Origin: Eledone cirrhosa
Lineage: Eukaryota
Assembly: GCA_964016885.1 (NCBI GenBank)
Contig: OZ024740.1
Coordinates: 96,286,001-96,350,000, forward strand
Direction of reading: 5' to 3'
Length of the DNA stretch: 64,000 nt
Numbering within the stretch: position 1 is the first letter of the stretch; the number at the start of each line of letters is the position of its first letter. Below, one piece after another: positions 41,290 to 54,368 of the stretch. The notes under the pieces were generated by a model. That model saw only the letters and a list, made by a program, of their open reading frames with translations, ran no database searches and was not told where the DNA came from. Both the position numbers and the translations under genes were made by a program.

Positions 41290-42455
41290 CCATACCCACG
41301 CCACTATTGAATAATTGAACTCGATTGGAACTCTTCTCATCACCACGATCATAAACTCAACCACACAGCTCACCACAAACATCATTGTTTTCTTCTTCAT
41401 TTTCTGTTATGCAAAAATCTGTACTGTCGTCTTCACCGCTAACTTCATCATCATCACTATCATTGACGGCGACACCATCATCCTCCCCCTCCTCTTCATC
41501 ATCATCATTATCATCCTCATCCTCCCCCTCATCCTCCTCATCATCATCATCAACAAGAACAACAACGTTATTAACGTCCTTAACAATATTATCACTAAAA
41601 CCCCATTTTCCGTAACTAAAAAAATAAACACATTAATCCTTTTGAGCATCAACAACGATATTAACAAAGCCAACATTGTTATCAGCAGTATTTTACACTA
41701 TTTCCTTTACCACTAAACCTCCACTAATCATATTTGTTTTCGCTTTAGCCACCATGATTTCACGTAAATCAATGACATCACATTAGTTCTTACATAATCA
41801 TAAGTATATGCTGTATATCATTATTAACGCAACTATCATAACCATCAAAATAAATATCATGACAATCGTCACGTCCACATTCGTATTATATCTACCAAAA
41901 CCAACACCAATTCAAATACCAAGTATAATATGACCAGCACCGAGATCACCACTAGTAACACTACCACATTTAGCATCAGCATCAAACACCATCATCATCA
42001 TTTTCATCGAAATCATCAGAATCATCATCACTATTATAACCGTCAAGTATGATAAACCTCATAACAGATTGACATCAACATCCATCATTACAATCAATCT
42101 TCATAAACATCAAAATCTTCTTGGATCAGAACAATGAGGCTCGTCAGCATCAATGATCATAATCATGATCAGCACCATTAGTCCGTATCAATCATCAACA
42201 TCATCACGATCATTATCATCATCAATAACCAATATCATCTATCATCAGTGTCAATTTTCACCATCATTGGGTTTCATAATCTTCCCCTTCACCGCTGTCA
42301 TCATAATTATCATCAACATTTTCATCACTATTATTTGCATCAACAACCCTTCCATCAAACAACATCGTCCATTATTGGCATGGTCATAATCATCAGTAAT
42401 CATCATGAAAATGATGTACTTTGTTATTCAACATCGACATCAGTTATAATCTGAA
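41290..42455. repeat. Decayed (CAT)n/(CAA)n low-complexity tract
   Basis: Read directly; gives the poly-I, poly-S and poly-M ORFs. Confidence 0.85.
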
Positions 42456-42631
42456 TCGATTTATCAATCGATATACAATCAATGCATAACAGATGTTTCT
42501 TCGCACGCTCCACTACCTGCAGATGTATTTGTATATAGCCAGTATATATTTATGCGTATGCATACGGGTGTTAATTTGTGTCGCCATATGTATATATAGG
42601 CTCGGATGTCTTTGTATACAGGTGTATGTAA

Positions 42632-42681
<50 letters not shown>

Positions 42682-44158
42682 AGTGAGAGAGAGATAGATA
42701 CATTGATAGATAGATATGATAGATATAGATATAGATATCCGTGTAGGTGTGTGTGTATGTGCGTGTGTTTTTATGTGTGTGTGTTTTTATGTGTGTGTGT
42801 GTGCATGCATGTAGCTATGTATATATGTACATGTGAGTAAATGTGTCTACATGTATGGAATACTTGCCATTCGTCAAAAGAGTGTGTAGCAAGTTGACGA
42901 GTTGTGAAACTCAAGGTTATCACTGGGTAGAAGAAACATAAACTAAATGCGTATATGCAAATGTATCATCAAATTTCTCTATCAACCCTTTATTTGGGTA
43001 AATGTTTAAGCATATATGTATAATAATATCTATTCTGTTGAAATGTATCGCTTCACAAACTTATCGTCTTCTATATACGCCGTACATCGTAATCCTAGAT
43101 ATCGCAACCAATTATCGCATGTCGCAGCTACATCACAATATACACCATTTAACTGAATTGTTGTTGCAGAAGCCTACAATCTCTTTAATTAATTGTGGCG
43201 TTCATAATAAGCTATAATCATTTAATCACGGGATTAACTTTAGCGATTTGACGGATTACATGCCGTGGTCGGATATTAAGCTCAGAACTCAAAGTGTTGA
43301 ATAGTTTTAAAAATCTCATTCGACAGCGATAACAATCCCACCAAATAATTGCCAACGACTGAACATTTATATTATAGACCTGGTAAAATATATAAAGTCA
43401 ATTTAATCTCGGTGGCATATGAATGTAGAGAGATGACAGCCAGAAATATACCACGAAATATATTAAACGCAGGTACATTGCTCCCAAGTCAATGTTTATC
43501 GTATGAATTTATTATTGAAAGACAAGGTTCATTTAAATAACATGAATCCTCCCCGAGAGTGTATCTGCAATGATTGTGTTAATTCCTTAAGTGTATGCTA
43601 AACAATTATCTCAATGTAAGAGATAGTCACATGATGATGCAAAGAACAAGTAATATTATATTACTTTTCTCTGAAAGATGCAATTGTACCATTAATTTGT
43701 TGAACTAAAGATATATTATATAGAGTATTTCATTTTCAACACAATTCTTAATTTGTGAAATATTTGAAGAATGTTTCTTCCGTTTAAAATCATGGCTGCT
43801 ATAGTAGAAACACATTGCAAAAAATGCATATACTTGATCATTTCTCTGTAGTCGTAAAAAGGAAGATAATATTAAAGAAAGCGAAATTGATACATACTAG
43901 CTAAGATCCCGGTATCCCGTCTTATCTTAAATAGTTATAGAACTACCCCTGCATGTTGGTAACAGCTTGATAAGCAATGTCCTCCACTAGATGCGTTAAT
44001 AATACACAAATATTTGGTCCGACACTAACAATCCGCTAACACATCAGTTTTTTGTTTTGTAGATTGAACTTGAAATAATATAATCAAATGTTGCTCTTCG
44101 TAGAATCCGATCTCAAACCGAAAAACGTGAGAATGATTTACCACATACATTATTTTCT

Positions 44159-44860
44159 TGGCAGTATCGGTAGAAGGTCGGCCATACTTCCCAGCATAGT
44201 TACGTCCCTTTACGTTCTGAGTTCAAATCCCGCCGAGGTTAACTTTGCCTTTCATCCTTACGGGGTCTATAAAATAAAGTACCAGTAATGTACTGTGTCA
44301 ATTGCTGGCCTTGTGCCAAAAGTAGAAACAATTATTTTCAAAGCGTTAAAAATGTCTCCAATTAGCTGACACATAATAATTGCTTCTATATTTGACACAA
44401 TGTAGCTTGAAGAGAAGAGGATAGTCGAATAAATCGACACTAGTGCGTAACTGGTACTTTAATATATCGAACCCACTAGGAAGGACGAACCTATCATCGG
44501 AGGGATCACATTTTGTGTGAGATGAAAGTCAATTAAATCAACTGCAATTCATTACAGGTACTTTATTTCATCAACCCCCTAAGGACAAAAAGCAAAGCTA
44601 ACCTCGGCGTGATTTGAATTCAGCGTATAAATGGCCGTAACCTTAAACAACAAAGCATATTTTCCGAAGCTCTACCGGTACTGACAATCTACCGCTCTGA
44701 GCTGCCTTATAATAATGATTTCTTATATTAGCAGAAGGCCAGCAATGTTGTGGGAGAGGAAAGTCGATTAAATCGACCCAATGCGTGACTGGTACTTTAT
44801 TTTATCGACCCCGTAAGGACGAAAGGCAAAGTTAAACTCGGCGGGATTTGAACTCAGATT
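44159..44860. mobile_element. SINE cluster (plus copy 44159-44336; minus copies ~44375-44500, ~44530-44695, ~44712-44860)
   Basis: Same GAGTTCAAATCCCGCCGAGGTTAACTTTGCCTTTCATCCTTACGGGGTC core as the other copies. Confidence 0.8.
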
Positions 44861-47149
44861 CAATATATATATTGACGTAAGTTTTCATTGTCTTGCAGGC
44901 TGCGTTTTGTGTGAAAATGTTCATACAATATCAATGAAAAAGTATCCCACTATGATTCCTATTCTATCCAATTACATGTTAATATTGCCCACGTTCTAAA
45001 AGCATGGACCTGGTTACGTAAGTTAAAGTATTTTATATAAAATAGCGTTGGAAAACCGAGGCAATTATTTTTTTGTTGAAGATATAAATAAGAGAATAGC
45101 GGCATGTGTTACTCTAAAAATTAGCAATACTTCACGTATATTTACAGACTGAAACAAGGGGAATGTGTTCGTTGTTTACTGGCAATTTCATATGTATAGC
45201 AGAGTGTGATAATGTTGGCAAATGAGTGTGTAGTTTTGTGTATATAGTATCCATATTAAGCTTTTACACTTCAGGCACAACAAGGCAATAGGTGCGCAAA
45301 ATATATGAATAATTAATGGACGTTTGCTATATACAAGATAACGTTTGCAATACATATTTTATTATACACAGTTGAGTAGATACGTATTCGACATGTACGA
45401 ATCGTGAAGTACGGAATCATTTCTTTAGATACTTTCCATAACCATTCTATATAGATACTGATATACAGTGTTTATCAAGACTTGTCAACAACTACATAAT
45501 TTCTTCAAAATGGTACTTATCGGGCATGGGCCTGCTCTAGGGTAAGGCTTGGCTACGACGATTTGGTTACGAATGATTTGCTGGGCTTCTATGAAGCTGG
45601 TGTGTAACCAATATTTTCTAAGACTTGCACTAGAAAGTGAATAACGAAAATTACATGTGGACTGGATTTTGAACAGTGATCCAATCAAACGGTTGGTGTT
45701 TTACTTGGTAGGGTGTTGCAATGTGGGAGTATATTACGCCGTGGATCATTGACGATTTTGTTTCAGATATTTACCAACAGTTGATCGATGCAATCATGTA
45801 TTTGCGATCCATGATTCTCATTACTATATATACTTTTATTATAATAATGTATATTTATTTCATTCATATCAATTAAATGCATAACATGTACTTGGGTCGA
45901 TTGAACAAAATATATATTTCTGTGTAATTTAGAAAGAAATGTCGATATTCTATTGAATATGTGTTCCACTTGCATTTACAAAATGATGCAAGGCATGTAA
46001 TTTATGCTTTTAATCCTATTAGTTTGTTGACCTTTCAAATGACAAAAGTGTAAAAGTATCGATATAGGAAATAACGAGAATGTACTACAAATGATGATAG
46101 GGGAGTAAAGTTATATTTAGATCAAATGATCTCTTCTATTAATACCAACATATTCAAGCGAAATGCTGATCTTACTATGAATCTAAGAATAATGTGGGAT
46201 CATTGATCAATGCGTTGGTGATAGCTATAACACGAGTATAATGATCGTCAATAGTTTATGTTGTTAATACATTGTTTTTATTTGAAGGCCACTGCACCTG
46301 AAGCGTAAAAGTATTACAGAAATGATTATCATCTATTTAAAGCATGATCGCTGATCGACGCACTAGTGCAGAATTACCGCGTGAATTATCTATTGATTAT
46401 GATATGATCTGACGACGAATGCGTCCTCGCATTCTAACGCCAGCTTAAAACAAACTTGCAGCTAGCTGCTTATAGAGCAGATCAAATAATTTAAAGGAAT
46501 ACATTAATGTATTTGAAGAATAGAGATCGTATTGTGTACAGTGAATTTAGTAATGCGAAATTCAACATTTGCTATGCTAAATATTTCTATCCTACGGTGT
46601 TACTTCGATATACATGAGCAGTGAGAATGTTAAAAGAAGAGAAATTTGGATATCTTCAATATTTTTCAACAGATTTAATGAAAGTATAATGAGAATACGA
46701 GCACACATATATGTATCTATCTCTCTATATATATATGTGTGTGTGTATACACGTATGTATGTCGGGTGAGGTGTGCGTGTGTATCTGCGTATGTGTATAT
46801 GTGTGTGTGTGTGTATACTTTTCCCAAAAATGTGGACAAAACATACAGGCGTTTTCGTTCTGTAAAACGTATTTTTTTGTTATTTTCCGATTCTTAATCT
46901 TGTCTACTTTCCTAATACTTTCATCACTTGTTCTATATTTCGAAGAATAATTACTGTCTGAAATGTTAGGATATAAGTTGTTGTATATCAAGCGTAATGT
47001 ATATATATGTGTTCATCTTACTGCATATATCGTACACTAGTATAGATATTCCTCGTTGAACTTTTGCTAACACACGTTCGAACACACACAAACACGCGCA
47101 CGCGCGCATATATAAACATTGATTGCCAGATAAATGATCTATGAAGATA

Positions 47150-47250
47150 TAAAAGGTACAGATGCGAAAACTAACCCAAAGCAAACAGTGAGTGTGTTCT
47201 GTTATTATTTCTGGCAATATTATATCAACATGACCCTCCCCAATTACAAA
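47150..47250 (+). mobile_element. Family A 3' fragment
   Basis: AAACAGTGAGTGTGTTCTGTTATTATTTCTGGCAATATT...CATGACCCTCCCCAATTACAA followed by a TA-rich run; matches 615-684. Confidence 0.75.
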
Positions 47251-48083
47251 TATATAGATATATATATATATAAATCCGAGGCAATATTCATTTGGTTTTC
47301 ATTTATTTAAACAGTAAACTTTTATCTCTTTACTATAAGTGTTTTACCTTCTTTTTACTATAATCTCTTTCCCACATATCTATCCTCTTTAATGCAACAT
47401 TTCGCAATGGTGTTATATCTAGTCAAACGCTTATTGATCTAGTTTATTAACTCTCGTTTAAATAATATTTCTTAAATAATCAGTAAATATTTTATTTAGT
47501 AGACGAATGATGGTGGGTTTTGCAATGGGACATAGGCATGTGGACTAGTGGAATTGGGAATCTATAACTGTTCACAACAGCTGAACCTAGCAATCCCCCC
47601 TGCTATAGTCATGGCCTGGTATGTAGGAATGTTGTCACGGCTGCTATAACGAACAGTGTGCGGGGTGGAGCCTGTATAACACACATTATCACTTCTTGCA
47701 CGATACTAAAATCGGACAGGAACTGGCCAACAATTCCGCCAGTCTCCTTAGGGCCATACAGGGGCGGATCGTTTAGGAAATATCATCAAACGTCTGGGCG
47801 GTCGACTGTATCAAGTCAAAATTAAGCCTTTGCCAAATTTAAAGGTTTTTCATTGTTTTTTAGGTTTACCGCTTCAGAAGCTCCGAATGTCATAACTGGC
47901 AGTCCGTAGCGAAACTTACATTACAGATTTTAATAAATCAAAACCAAACAAATTTTATTCATGTATACAGCACCGGCTTCAACTTTTATGCAGGTCGTAG
48001 ATGGCTTTCATTCACTAACTTCACCACCGACAGACAACTATGTGGTCCTTGTTCAGTTAAGCCCTTAATATACACCCGCACAG

Positions 48084-48115
<32 letters not shown>

Positions 48116-48334
48116 ATATACACACACACGCACACTCATAAACACACACACACACATCTATATATTATAAGAAATGAAAGGAGCTGTGTGGTTACTGTCA
48201 AGAAATGTTAAGATGGCAGTATCGACGAAACAAGAGAAGAAAAGAAATCCTTCATCAGCTGTAAACCGATATATATATATATATATATATACAAACACAC
48301 ATACATTCTGTACGTATTGTTTATATTGAACATT

Positions 48335-48525
48335 ACTTATTGTTTCTACTTTTGGCACAAGGCCATCAAATACCAAGTGTATTACTGGTACTTTATTTCA
48401 TTGACCCCGTAAGGATGAAAAGCAAAGTTAACCTCGGAGGGATTTGAACTCAGAATGTCAAGCTCCGTAACTCTAGGTGCCAAAGCATGGTGTCCGACAC
48501 TCTAGCGATACTGCCAATCCACTGC
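48335..48525 (-). mobile_element. SINE copy
   Basis: Same head, core and tail as the 6581-6998 copies. Confidence 0.85.
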
Positions 48526-48929
48526 TCAATTCGTTTGTAATCAAACCGCCAGATTTGTAGCTGTTCCGTGCTAATTTTATTTTTAATATACGGCACGGCC
48601 TGCCGTAACTCGCCCGCTATGAAAGAGGCTACTCAGCCGTTGTGTACTTAAGATAATACTATATAATTTCAACTGTTCAATGGGCAGGCAGAGTTCTACA
48701 ATCCTCTTGAAGCCCAATGACCTAGACAGATCTTGAATGTACCTGAAAGCCAGTGTTGTAAAAAGATTTCACGTGCAGTTACCAGCACGGCACATCATCA
48801 AATCGGGCGGTTTGTTTACAAACGAATCGAAAATTATTATTAATTTTCGATATAACCCATACGTACATATGTATATGTACGTATGTGTGTACGTGTGCAT
48901 ACATACACACACACACGCACACGCACACA

Positions 48930-48996
<67 letters not shown>

Positions 48997-49014
48997 ATAC
49001 ATATATATATATAT

Positions 49015-49277
49015 ATATAAAGAAAAAAAGATGAAATCAAAAATATATATATATTACAAATATATATATATATTCATCTGGTTCCTTTACCGGTTTCGCA
49101 CTTCTGCTTTTCAAAATTAGAGTTGAGATGAAGGGTCTGCGGTTTTTCTCACAGATGTGAGAAAAACCACAGACCCTCCATCTCAACTCTACTTTAAAGG
49201 AACCAAATAAATATATATATTTTAAAAAAAAATAAGACTCCAGTTGCATTTTCAATTTCATATTTTTTTTCTTTATA
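49015..49277. mobile_element. Family C foldback with a decayed hammerhead in the left arm only
   Basis: Central hairpin 49118-49191 (36-bp arms, 2-nt loop). Outer arms match (GGTTCCTTTA/TAAAGGAACC and TATAAAGAAAAAAA/TTTTTTTCTTTATA). Minus strand 49114-49088 reads TTGAAAA-GCA-gaag-TGC-GAAA-CCGG-TA. Confidence 0.65.
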
Positions 49278-49330
49278 ATTTCACTCGTGTAGGACACGTC
49301 GGTTATTTTTTATTTTGTAAAAAAAATCAC

Positions 49331-49368
<38 letters not shown>

Positions 49369-50031
49369 GCATATCATTATCTATAAAAGGCAGATTTTTG
49401 TGTCTGTATGTATGTTTCAATTTTATACATTTACACAATTACAAAAATATTGAATGAATAATTAAGCAGAATGTTTACAAATATTCTCACTTGGGTCATG
49501 GGCGATCTTATTGCCTAATAATGCCACAATTACGTACGGAAAAATCGATTTATTTCAACAATCGATGATTTCTCCTCTCTCATATGATATACATTTCCTA
49601 TATCTACTCCCATTCATCACCTCCCCTTAAAATTGCTACCTTCTCTTACAAGTGTTTGTGAAAAAGAGAAACATTGAAAAAAACATATACACACATATAT
49701 GTGGGTGCATACACACACATATATGTTGGTATAGTTACGAATGACGTCATAGAAGCAGGAACGCGGGAATTTCAATCAATCAACGCATACACAGTTTGTT
49801 TTAGAAATAACAATAGCATATAATGATAAAGAGATCGGCCTTACACTTTCAAACTAAATTGTTCTGTATAAGTAACTTTAACCCTTTATTTTCAACATAA
49901 AAATACACAGATACATACGAATACCTGTAAACTTTTTTGGGGGGGCCTTTCTTATCAATCGTTTTACATTCAATTATCAGCCTTATACTTTCAAAGTCAA
50001 TTTTTATGTTGAAGTAACTTTCAACCTTTAA

Positions 50032-50110
50032 TACATACATACATACATACATACATACATACATACATACATACATACATACATACATACATACATACAT
50101 ACATACATAC
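50032..50110. repeat. (ACAT)n microsatellite, 5' flank and probable target of the R4-clade element
   Basis: About 20 perfect units; the repeat resumes at 54334. Confidence 0.97.
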
Positions 50111-53100
50111 AATGGCGACCGTTGTGGTCAGTGTCCGATAATTGGACGTGTGTAATTACGGCTTACATGAAGGCAACATACCATATACTGGAAAAGGTTG
50201 AGCTACATTACGCGGTAAGATTACATACAATAATTCTACATAAGTGTTTGAACTGTAAGTGTGTTGTAAAACACCTATTTATATGAACGATACATACACT
50301 TATGATATATGAACGATACATACACTTTAACATATAAATGCAACGTTGTTATATTACATTTATAAAGAAATATAAAAGTAACGTTTTCGATTCAGAAACA
50401 AAAATATAAGTGTTTGAACTGTGAATGTTGTGAATATGTTGTAGAACACCTATTTATATGAATGATACATAAACTTTAACATATAAATACAGCATTGTTA
50501 TATTATATTACATTCGTAAAGGAATATACTAAGTAACGGTTCTTTTTGTTCTCGATTCAAACGATTCAAGAACAACGTTTAAAACACAGTTGTAGAATTA
50601 AAAACTAACTGAAAAGAAATATTACCCAAGCTGTGAATAACTTTAAATTTGATTCTGACAGAACTTTCTCGTAACTTTTAAAGAAGATCATCGACTATTT
50701 AAAAAAAATAAATACAAAATATTAGTGAATAGACGAACTCATCATGGCAAAAAGTACAAGTCTCCTTCGACCAAATCGCAATTACAACCGTTGTATACAG
50801 TGGAGCTACGAGCTTAACAAAGAATTATATGAAGCATACAAACAATCTGAACCCCAAAAGTTCGGTTTTATGCAAAGGCTAAAAACTTTATGGAACTCCA
50901 AACACCCAGAATTAGACTTTTCTCCAAAGCATCTAAATGAACAGGCAAAACGTATCATTAGATGTAAATTGATACATCTAACGGAATCGAGTGATACTAC
51001 AAATACAGCCCTTGTAGACAACCACCCCACCTCCACTGACAGACAAAGAGAATGGCCGGCTAAATCTAACAGTGAACAGCTCACCAACAATTTTGCTGAA
51101 ATCCATCCCACTTCCACTGAAGAACAGCGAGAAAGGTCAGCTGACTCTAGTAGTAATTGTCACCACATCAACAACGAGGCTGCAATTCATGACTCTACTG
51201 AACAAACAGAGCACCAAAAACTTGTGGGCACCCTACAAGTGATATGGAACGATATGTTTCAAGAGATACACAGCCTTAATGTGAGTGACAGACCATACAA
51301 CAGTAGAGTCAGTAAAGAACCCACTAAATTGGAATTGGAAGCGGTGAACGAAATAGCTGGCAATTATCTGAAGGCTATACGATCTAAAGGTGTAGAAACG
51401 ACATTTGAAACGCTCAATGTTTTGTTATATGTTTCAGCTGTCACATTGCTATCATATAACACACATCTAAAACCACGCAATCAAGATACAAACAGAAAGC
51501 CTGAACCAGCGTGGATGCGAAATTTAAAAACCAAAATGTTGTCCCTGAGACGAAGTATCTCACACATCGCAGTCGTTATGAAATGCAACATAGAGAGAAA
51601 CTTCACACGACACCAGGAAGACCTAAAGAAAAAGTTAGAGAGACGATTTGGAGATACCAAATTTAAAACTTTGAACTCCAAATTACACCAGTTGAAACAA
51701 CAACTCACAGCTACAACAGAAAGACTAAAATATAAGTCAACAGCCCATAAACGACAAGTGCTAAATAGATTGTTTGCCAGAGATCCTAAATCAGTTTATC
51801 GCAGCTTCGGTGGCAAAAGCTCAATCCCTGTAAACGACACCCCTTCAAAAGAACAGGTTGAGAACTACTGGAGATCTGTATGGGAAACGGATGACGGATT
51901 CAACAGACAAGCTAATTGGCTAAAACAACTGGAACAGGACTACTGCCAACATGTCCAGACAAAACAATATGACATAGATGGGTCAATACTGGAAACAGCT
52001 CTACAGAAAATGTCGAATAGGAAATCGCCAGGCCCAGACCTCATTACAGGATACTGGTTGAAGAATTTCACTTTCTATCGGCAAGATCTCATACGGCTGT
52101 TTACAGAAACCATTAAGGGCACACAAGAACTGCCCAGATGGTTATCAACTGCCACTACTCTCCTCATTCCCCAAAATAGCCAAACCACCCTTGCTAAAAA
52201 TTACCGCCCAATTGCCTGCCAAAACATCATGTATAAATTATATACTGGGTGCCTTAACCTGTTCTTACAGGATCACTGTGCTACCAACAACATCATAACA
52301 CCTGAGCAAGCTGGTGGAAAGAGGGAGGTGTGGGGTTGCATAGATCACCTACTAACTAACAAAATGATTCAGGAAAAAACAACAAAGAATCGCAGAAACA
52401 TGACTGTCGTGTGGCTGGACTATCAAAAAGCATTTGATAGTGTACCTCATGGGTGGATTATTAAGGCTTTACAGTTAGCTAAAGTCCCACAACCATTAGT
52501 AGCTGCTGTTGAACGCCTGACCAAGAACTGGTACACCAATTTGATCCTTAGAGGTGAGAAGGAGCAGGTTAAGACTGATAGGATACATTACCAGAAGGGC
52601 ATCTTTCAGGGTGATAGCTTGTCAGTACTACTCTTCGTTCTCTCACTGAATCCACTATCTTACCTACTCAGGAAACAAGGTGGACAAAGAAGTGGGCCCA
52701 GAAGTATCTCCCATCTTTTCTTTGTTGATGACCTGAAGTTGTATGGGCCAAATATCAATGACATCAAGAAACAATTGGACCTCATTACACAATTTTCAAC
52801 CGACATCAAAATGAAATTTGGTGAGTCCAAGTGTGCATATTTGGCAGTAAAACGTGGAAGAGCTGTGCCCTCCTCTAGAAATCTAGATATGAACGGCCTG
52901 ACAATACAACCTCTGCAGTCAGGTGACAACTACAGATATCTTGGACAGGATGAGAATGTCAGATATGATGGACCCATAAATAAGGAGAGAACCAGAACTG
53001 AATACCTCAGAAGAGTAAAAAAAATATGGTCATCAGAACTGTCAGCATACAACAAATACATTGCCCACAATACCTATGCTGTGCCAATTATAACGCCAAC

Positions 53101-54333
53101 ATTTGGCCTACTGAACTGGTCATTGCAAGAACTAAGTGAGATGGATGTTAGAACTCGTAAACTTCTCAGTGTTACTGGGAACTTTAACATCAATGGTGAT
53201 GTGGATAGGCTATACTTCTCACGCAAGGAAGGTGGCCGGGGTCTAAAATCAATATTAACAACATATGAGACCCGGATAGTAACACTGAAGCAACACCTTC
53301 AACAGAGGAAAAAGGTTGGCGACCATCTTGCTCAGGTTTATGAGCATGAAAAAAGAAATATCATTAGAATAGCGACTGATCTGGAGGAGAGATATGGAAT
53401 AAAGCCTGATATAAATCTCTCACCCAGAGAAATCGGAAGATCCTATTCAATGTTCAAACAAGAAAAAAAAATTGACCAATTTACAGAGAAAGTTGTGCAT
53501 GGATACTTGAGGCGTAAAACACAGACCATAGAGGGGATAAACCACTCAAAAAGCCTGGCATGGAGTTCCGACAAGTTTATGACATCACACCTTGAGGGAT
53601 ATCTCTATGCAATACAGGAACAAGAACTCCCTACCAAATATCTGCTGCACAAAAGAGGAGGGCCAGCAGCTGACAATAAATGTAGGCTATGTAAAACAAA
53701 GATCGAGGATGTAAGCCACATTGTTGCCAGCTGCGAAAGAATGTCATTTCGCTACTACCTCCCCATGAGACACGATGGGATAGCTAGAACTATCTGGAAC
53801 GCACTTCGGAAAACAAAATTAACAACAAACGAGGAAGAATATATTGAGACAGATGGCACTAAGGAATACTGGTGGAACCTGAAAATAAAAACTGCCACCA
53901 AATTAAAGCACAACCGGCCTGATATTGTACTTTGGGACCACACATTGAAAACGTGTTCTGTTGTGGAGATCAGCTGCCCACTTGATGTAAACGTTGTCAG
54001 AAAAATACAGGAGAAGGAGGACATCTACGGACCATTGATGAGGAGCTTACAAATCCAGTATCCAAGATACACCTTTAGCTTCATACCCATCATTATTGGT
54101 GCTACGGGTTATATACCAACCCGCTTGGACCAAAGTATGACCGAACTTGGATTTGCGGACAAAAAGCGCAGCTCCCTAATTCATAGTCTACAAATGGCTG
54201 CGATAGCTGGCACCTTCAAAATATGCAAAACATTCTTGCGATTCAAGGGATGACAATTTCTTTTCTTTTACAACCTTGCCACCAGGAAGGTGGCCGGTCA
54301 AAAAAATATACTCGAAATTAAGAGAAAGAGAAA
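50111..54333 (+). mobile_element. Apparently full-length R4/Dong-clade non-LTR retrotransposon (family 3)
   Basis: About 630-nt 5' UTR, one uninterrupted ORF and an 80-nt 3' UTR, with (ACAT)n on both sides. Confidence 0.92.
50744..54253 (+). CDS. 1169-aa protein: reverse transcriptase, CCHC zinc knuckle and restriction-like (PD-D/ExK) endonuclease
   Basis: N-terminal WSYELNKELYEAY...GFMQRLKTLW. RT motifs KSPGPDLITGYWLK, NYRPIAC, WLDYQKAFDSVPH, GIFQGDSLS, HLFFVDDLKLY, YRYLG. Then CRLCKTKIEDVSHIVASC, RHD, RPDIVLWD...VVEISCP...KEDIY and IPIIIGATG. No stops. Confidence 0.95.
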   Translation: MAKSTSLLRPNRNYNRCIQWSYELNKELYEAYKQSEPQKFGFMQRLKTLWNSKHPELDFSPKHLNEQAKRIIRCKLIHLTESSDTTNTALVDNHPTSTDRQREWPAKSNSEQLTNNFAEIHPTSTEEQRERSADSSSNCHHINNEAAIHDSTEQTEHQKLVGTLQVIWNDMFQEIHSLNVSDRPYNSRVSKEPTKLELEAVNEIAGNYLKAIRSKGVETTFETLNVLLYVSAVTLLSYNTHLKPRNQDTNRKPEPAWMRNLKTKMLSLRRSISHIAVVMKCNIERNFTRHQEDLKKKLERRFGDTKFKTLNSKLHQLKQQLTATTERLKYKSTAHKRQVLNRLFARDPKSVYRSFGGKSSIPVNDTPSKEQVENYWRSVWETDDGFNRQANWLKQLEQDYCQHVQTKQYDIDGSILETALQKMSNRKSPGPDLITGYWLKNFTFYRQDLIRLFTETIKGTQELPRWLSTATTLLIPQNSQTTLAKNYRPIACQNIMYKLYTGCLNLFLQDHCATNNIITPEQAGGKREVWGCIDHLLTNKMIQEKTTKNRRNMTVVWLDYQKAFDSVPHGWIIKALQLAKVPQPLVAAVERLTKNWYTNLILRGEKEQVKTDRIHYQKGIFQGDSLSVLLFVLSLNPLSYLLRKQGGQRSGPRSISHLFFVDDLKLYGPNINDIKKQLDLITQFSTDIKMKFGESKCAYLAVKRGRAVPSSRNLDMNGLTIQPLQSGDNYRYLGQDENVRYDGPINKERTRTEYLRRVKKIWSSELSAYNKYIAHNTYAVPIITPTFGLLNWSLQELSEMDVRTRKLLSVTGNFNINGDVDRLYFSRKEGGRGLKSILTTYETRIVTLKQHLQQRKKVGDHLAQVYEHEKRNIIRIATDLEERYGIKPDINLSPREIGRSYSMFKQEKKIDQFTEKVVHGYLRRKTQTIEGINHSKSLAWSSDKFMTSHLEGYLYAIQEQELPTKYLLHKRGGPAADNKCRLCKTKIEDVSHIVASCERMSFRYYLPMRHDGIARTIWNALRKTKLTTNEEEYIETDGTKEYWWNLKIKTATKLKHNRPDIVLWDHTLKTCSVVEISCPLDVNVVRKIQEKEDIYGPLMRSLQIQYPRYTFSFIPIIIGATGYIPTRLDQSMTELGFADKKRSSLIHSLQMAAIAGTFKICKTFLRFKG

Positions 54334-54336
54334 ACA

Positions 54337-54368
<32 letters not shown>

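Noticed and set aside
48170-48270. Minus-strand CTGATGAAGGA next to (TA)n
   Set aside because: No stem II partner or GAAA follows; at best a deleted remnant.
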